This document shows, piece after piece, positions 28,901-32,000 of a DNA stretch of 32,000 bases. The notes below the pieces were generated by a model, which saw only the letters and a list, made by a program, of their open reading frames with translations, was not told the DNA's origin and did not search any database. Source of the DNA: Erysipelotrichaceae bacterium (GTDB taxonomy: Bacteria; Bacillota_I; Bacilli_A; Erysipelotrichales; Erysipelotrichaceae); the NCBI GenBank assembly GCA_963663995.1, contig OY760660.1:630001-662000 (forward strand). Direction: 5' to 3'. The first letter of the stretch is position 1. Each line of letters begins with the position of its first letter. The translations under genes were made by a program, and so were the position numbers.

Positions 28901-28970
28901 GATATTTAATCAAGATGTTAGAAGATATAACGAAATTAAAAGAGCGTTATTGTCTACTTTAAGTGCCTAA
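25923..28970 (+). CDS. SF1 (Upf1/DNA2-like, AAA_11/AAA_12-type) helicase with an uncharacterised N-terminal region (WYL-like start) and a C-terminal DUF2726/Vsr-like endonuclease-fold domain
   Basis: 1015 aa. Motifs are I VQGPPGTGKT, II LLIMEEASQ, III VGDPQQLQPV, IV HYRC, V TIHGFQGQESD and VI VTSTRPRD. A coiled-coil-like insert lies between motifs I and II. The C-terminus is HFDFVLLDSYGRPMLVVEICGYEH. Confidence 0.8.
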   Translation: MYIWSIEVSRSIHEGKWIAIKYKNENQEETSFWCVIKDINPKKKLLTVDVYNSSKTPNFNRDFHIYFDRITQANVIEGSFSKIQSKLIDKINSNIEDYLFLEYARFEDKLLNYYNECYLQDNDPSQTQYTVVEGIDIENFDNTNQLQLTDEQFEDFIKTLNNQLNIKRKNNSIYEKVIFNYLSVFNKTKGIIPICYYDILIDIEHKRMVKSDTLEFSPKTIVFGKTNTVYLNNYMEVDYDFFKENFLNYETEFTNAIQENLSYSERLDQRPYFMKMVLRYNISVKAEIDYIAHNLESNDLSLSLQSLFGKKIETKKGQKRSILVDSKHINANQLRAVYNAINENLLYVQGPPGTGKTVSITNMVHSSFYNGNSTLIASNNNEAIDNIFKRIDKLKVDGVQIPYPYLRLGNDHYLIEAIAKIERRYQYFKERPTSVVDKNELYTLRLKIKENLGNVSKILSEYEEKLELEENLNTLLELKKLIDKDDQIDLATKMANIIDIDAQIQDYSQKIKIKNVDESSISNFVFDEDVNKKFIQLLSLTYGERLLLSKNRTLIDIFKIESQKERLKEFKNFIKTEDGFRILIDCFPIIGSSNISTLKIGTENSRFDLLIMEEASQCSIVPSLIPMNRSKRACFVGDPQQLQPVVTISEEKNKLLMKLYNIMDVYSYKNNSIMNVLLSVDSKSKFIFLKKHYRCAKKIIDFSNKKYYSNQLEIETQEKELEPLKLINIQNSHSALRNTSISEANEIINEIRRTPKDMQVAIITPFKNQQQLIQQVLDTEKIENIKVSTIHGFQGQESDKIIFSPAITSNTTQGAFDWAKNNKELINVTSTRPRDHILVIADVAEVMRLSNSEMNDLQEFLHYINNNGDYDIISEDYIGNETKVIGYKTFNTESESEFIRTIAQLKSTNQKFKYIPKTRIGDILELMNLKNEDYDLFKYAIKSHFDFVLLDSYGRPMLVVEICGYEHLTDEITMANDLKKVKICVQHNLKILPIFNQDVRRYNEIKRALLSTLSA

Positions 28971-29475
28971 TATATTCTTGAATTTCAAACTCTTCAAATT
29001 CAGCATTACTTTTCACATACAAAGGATGATGAGGATGTCCGTATTTAGTTAACATTCCTCTTTTTACCCATGTACAATTTTTTAATTCAGGTAAATTAAC
29101 AATTTGAATTAATAATTCTTTTAGATATCGACGTTTTTCTATTAAAGTTCCCCAGGCACACCAAATTGTTAAATGTTTAAAATTAATGAATTCTGAAATT
29201 GTTTTTATATTTGTTTCTATTAAATCCTTTTTTGCATGTTTATGTAATAATCTTGGATCAGTAGATCTTTGAGGATAAAGATTCAACATCACATACCCAT
29301 CAAAATTATTAATCATTGAAACAAACATCAAAGTTGCCATTGTTTGGTCATATTCATCTGATGTTGCAGTACTTGGATTTATACCAATGCATATTAATGG
29401 ATTATTACCATTATCACCTAAAATAAAACGTGCTCTATTATTTTCACTTGTCTTGTATACGTTTTTAGTTTTCAT
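28954..29475 (-). CDS. DUF1643-family protein
   Basis: 173 aa with blocks ICIGINPSTA, DQT, MLNLYPQRSTDPRLL, CAWG and YGHPHHPLY, which match my recollection of DUF1643. It overlaps the helicase 3' end by 17 nt in convergent orientation. Confidence 0.75.
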   Translation of the reverse strand: MKTKNVYKTSENNRARFILGDNGNNPLICIGINPSTATSDEYDQTMATLMFVSMINNFDGYVMLNLYPQRSTDPRLLHKHAKKDLIETNIKTISEFINFKHLTIWCAWGTLIEKRRYLKELLIQIVNLPELKNCTWVKRGMLTKYGHPHHPLYVKSNAEFEEFEIQEYIRHLK

Positions 29476-29498
29476 TAATATATTTTAACTCATTTTTA

Positions 29499-29523
29499 AA
29501 ACAAAAAATCGCTTTCGCGATTT
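29499..29523 (-). terminator. Weak rho-independent terminator after the PTS EIIA gene
   Basis: On the minus strand, AAATCGC-gaaa-GCGATTT is followed by TTTGTTTT. The stem is only 7 bp and partly shares the T-run. Confidence 0.45.
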
Positions 29524-30000
29524 CTATATTTCCATTAAATATTCAGATGACTGAATGATTTTGTTTTCAGGTCTGTTGATTGTTTTTCCTAAATGTGATG
29601 TAAAGATACATACAATCGATGGATCATATCCAGCTTCTTTAACCTTTTGTATGTCTACTTCAATCAATTTTTGATTTTGTTTAATGGATTGTTTTGCTTT
29701 TACAAATGATTTGAAATGTTTACCATTTAATTCAACAGTATCAATCCCGATGTGAAGTAGGACTTCTAAGCCATCTTCTCTTTTAAGTCCAATTGCATGT
29801 TTGGTTGGAAAGACAAATAAGACCTCACCTGTAAAGGGTGCGACTACTGTATTTTCTGATGGGTTTATCACAATTGATGGTCCCATCGTCTCTTGAGCCA
29901 TGATTGGATCAACTAAAGATGTTACATCTACAATTTGTCCTGATGCAAAAGATGTAAGTGTGTTTGTAAATGCTTCTTTTTTGTTTAGAAAATTAAACAT
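29524..30000 (-). CDS. PTS EIIA component, glucose family
   Basis: 158 aa. FPTKHAIGLKREDGLEVLLHIGIDTVELNGKHF is the two-His EIIA-Glc signature. Confidence 0.9.
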   Translation of the reverse strand: MFNFLNKKEAFTNTLTSFASGQIVDVTSLVDPIMAQETMGPSIVINPSENTVVAPFTGEVLFVFPTKHAIGLKREDGLEVLLHIGIDTVELNGKHFKSFVKAKQSIKQNQKLIEVDIQKVKEAGYDPSIVCIFTSHLGKTINRPENKIIQSSEYLMEI

Positions 30001-30016
30001 AATACTCCTTATAAGT

Positions 30017-30037
30017 AGAGCGGCTTGTGGCCGCTCT
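30017..30037 (-). other. GC-rich intercistronic hairpin between EIIBC and EIIA, with no U-tract on the coding strand
   Basis: AGAGCGGC-5 nt-GCCGCTCT is a perfect 8-bp stem. On the minus strand it is followed by ACTTATAAGGAGTATT-ATG. Confidence 0.5.
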
Positions 30038-30051
30038 TTAATACTTTTCTA

Positions 30052-31401
30052 TTATACAGTTTCTACGTCGTCGAATCCAAGGACCCAAGTGACTACAAAG
30101 GCGACAACCATCGCAATAATCATGGTTGCGATAGCCATATACATATTCCCTAATGATCCATCAGGTGCAATGAATGTAGGTAGTGCAAACCAACCTGGTG
30201 ATACAATACCGTATTGTTTTAAACCAACAAGTCCTGCAAATAAACCACCTACAGCTCCACCTGCTACTGCACCAATGAAAGGTTTCTTAAATGGGAGTAA
30301 GATCCCGAAGATTGAAGGTTCTGTAATTCCTAAGATACCCGTTAAACCAACAGATGATGCTAAAGCTTTTGTATTAGCGACTTTTGATTTAACAAAAACA
30401 GCTAAAGCTGCAGCACCCACCGCAACGTTTGCTGCGAGCATTCCAGGAAGGACAAATGCATCATACCCAAAATCAGCAAATGAAGCGATAACTGGTGGGA
30501 ATAAAGCTTGGTTCATACCAGTCATAACTAAGAACGGTGTGAAGGCACCCATAAGTGAAACAGATAACCAACCTAAATAAGTATTTACCCAAACTAAGAA
30601 AGCAGCTAACCATTGACCCGCAATAACGCCAATTGGACCTAATGCGATAAGTGTGAATGGTACCATGACAATCATCACAACAAGTGGTCTTAAGAAAAAT
30701 TTAACCGCTTTTGGTGTATACATGTCTACGTATTTATCAACGAAGTACATCACCACAACCCCAAAGATAATAGGCAATACAGATGAACTATAGTTTTGTG
30801 CAGCAATACCAATTCCAAAGAAGTTGAGTTCCATGCCATTGATAGGTGCTGATAATAAGACAGCTGCTAAGAAAGCCCCCATGAATGGGTTTAAACCAAT
30901 TTTACGAGCTGCTGAGAAACCGACAAACATAGGTAAGAATGCAAAACCAGCTGTATTAATTGAACTTAAAATTGTATAGGCACCGGATGTAGCATCCATG
31001 CCTAAGAAAGTTGTCCCAATCGTTAGAACAGCATTAATTAAACCTGCTGCTACAAGGATTGGTAATAATGGAACGAAAGTTCCGGATACGAAATCGATGA
31101 TTGTTCCCCAAAGATTTTTTGAACCATCGTCATTTACTTTTCCACCTTTTGTAAAGTTTCCAAGTTTAACAAATGCTTGATATAAATTAGGAACATCGGT
31201 GCCAATAACACATTGGATTTCATTTCCTCTTTCAACAAGACCCATAACACCTGTTACTTTTTTGACTGCCTCAAGATCTGCTTTACTTAAATCATTTAAA
31301 GTTAAACGTAAACGTGTTGCACAGAAGTTAACTCCTGTGACATTTGATTCCCCACCGACTTTTTCTAAAATTGCTTTAGAAGTTTCTGTATAGTTACTCA
31401 T
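30052..31401 (-). CDS. PTS EIIBC component, beta-glucoside-type
   Basis: 449 aa. The N-terminal EIIB has the phospho-Cys motif NFCATRLRL, followed by a polytopic EIIC. It is flanked by GH1 and EIIA-Glc genes. Confidence 0.88.
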   Translation of the reverse strand: MSNYTETSKAILEKVGGESNVTGVNFCATRLRLTLNDLSKADLEAVKKVTGVMGLVERGNEIQCVIGTDVPNLYQAFVKLGNFTKGGKVNDDGSKNLWGTIIDFVSGTFVPLLPILVAAGLINAVLTIGTTFLGMDATSGAYTILSSINTAGFAFLPMFVGFSAARKIGLNPFMGAFLAAVLLSAPINGMELNFFGIGIAAQNYSSSVLPIIFGVVVMYFVDKYVDMYTPKAVKFFLRPLVVMIVMVPFTLIALGPIGVIAGQWLAAFLVWVNTYLGWLSVSLMGAFTPFLVMTGMNQALFPPVIASFADFGYDAFVLPGMLAANVAVGAAALAVFVKSKVANTKALASSVGLTGILGITEPSIFGILLPFKKPFIGAVAGGAVGGLFAGLVGLKQYGIVSPGWFALPTFIAPDGSLGNMYMAIATMIIAMVVAFVVTWVLGFDDVETV

Positions 31402-32000
31402 TATTCATTTCCTTTCCCCAATCTTGTCCATTGGATTTAATGAGTTTTGAATACCAGTGATAGGATGCTTTTTTAACTCTTCTCAAGTCTCTAACATCTT
31501 CATCTGTTGTATTAACAAAGACTAAGCCATAGCGTTTTGCCATTCCGTTACCTGTTGATAAGATATCGGTAAATGACCATAAATTATACCCAAAGACTTC
31601 ACAACCATCTTCGATTGCAAGTCCGATTTGATAGATTTGATCACGTAAGAAGTCAATACGTCCTTGATCATTTACTTCACCGTTTTCATCTAAATCTTCA
31701 TGTGCACCAAAACCATTTTCTGTAATAATCATTGGTAAATGATAATGGTCCCATACATAACGAAGCATATAACGCATTGCGACTGGATCAATTTCCCAAT
31801 CCCAATCAGTTGTTTCGACATATGGATTACTATCAAGTGCATATAAACCTGGATAGTTAGGATAAATAAATTCACCTTTATTACCAGATTTATTCAATGC
31901 TAAACCAACTACATCACTATCATGTGGGGCATGTTTCGCGACATTGGAGCGATAACAATTTAGCGCAAAGAAATCGATTTTTGCTTGTTTAATCAGTTCC
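31394..32000 (-). CDS. 6-phospho-beta-glucosidase, GH1; C-terminal part, 5' end outside the window
   Basis: It has ITENGFG (nucleophile Glu) and KRYGLVFV. The frame stays open to base 32000 (...IDFFALNCYRSNVAK...), so the ORF-track TTG start at 31897 is an artefact. It overlaps the PTS gene by 8 nt. Confidence 0.9.
   Translation of the reverse strand, partial: ELIKQAKIDFFALNCYRSNVAKHAPHDSDVVGLALNKSGNKGEFIYPNYPGLYALDSNPYVETTDWDWEIDPVAMRYMLRYVWDHYHLPMIITENGFGAHEDLDENGEVNDQGRIDFLRDQIYQIGLAIEDGCEVFGYNLWSFTDILSTGNGMAKRYGLVFVNTTDEDVRDLRRVKKASYHWYSKLIKSNGQDWGKEMNNE

Noticed and set aside
29900-31393. Plus-strand ORFs of 226, 60 and 64 aa
   Set aside because: They are antisense to the PTS EIIA and EIIBC genes. 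The Pro/Thr/Ala-rich composition is the mirror of Gly/Val/Ala membrane codons.
31895-31897. TTG 'start' of the second GH1 gene
   Set aside because: The frame remains open and GH1-like (IDFFALNCYRSNVAK...) up to the window edge. The gene is simply truncated by the window.

Overview
This is a low-GC, Firmicutes/Mollicutes-like chromosomal segment that uses the standard genetic code. I found no rRNA, tRNA, CRISPR array, transposase or integrase.

Left third (housekeeping):
- two tandem GntR/HutC regulators;
- the infC-rpmI-rplT operon on the minus strand, with a strong promoter, an L20-type leader/attenuator candidate and a non-ATG (ATA) infC start;
- a small lipoprotein, proS and a GH1 6-phospho-beta-glucosidase.

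Middle:
- a HigBA-like toxin-antitoxin pair;
- a MarR-linked heterodimeric ABC exporter and a ferritin;
- an unusual minus-strand operon of two paralogous Cys-rich proteins of unknown function, an orphan NitT/TauT-type ABC permease and two paralogous thioredoxin-like [2Fe-2S] ferredoxins;
- a second, diverged HigBA-like pair.

Right:
- a long co-directional minus-strand string: MazG-like pyrophosphohydrolase, DUF2075/Nhi-like nuclease-ATPase, voltage-sensor K+ channel, addB, addA, DUF2130 (RmuC-like);
- a divergently transcribed 1015-aa SF1 helicase with a WYL-like N-terminus and a DUF2726/Vsr-like endonuclease C-terminus;
- a DUF1643 gene, then a beta-glucoside PTS (EIIA, EIIBC) and a second GH1 gene that runs off the window.

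Best candidates for undescribed biology:
1. the translationally coupled MazG-like/DUF2075/K+ channel operon, together with the divergent WYL-like helicase-endonuclease and DUF1643 (22.7-29.5 kb), which looks like a defence island;
2. DUF2130 coupled to addBA;
3. the Cys-rich / orphan permease / tandem ferredoxin operon (12.0-14.7 kb).

All family assignments come from motif recognition by eye. No database search was run.
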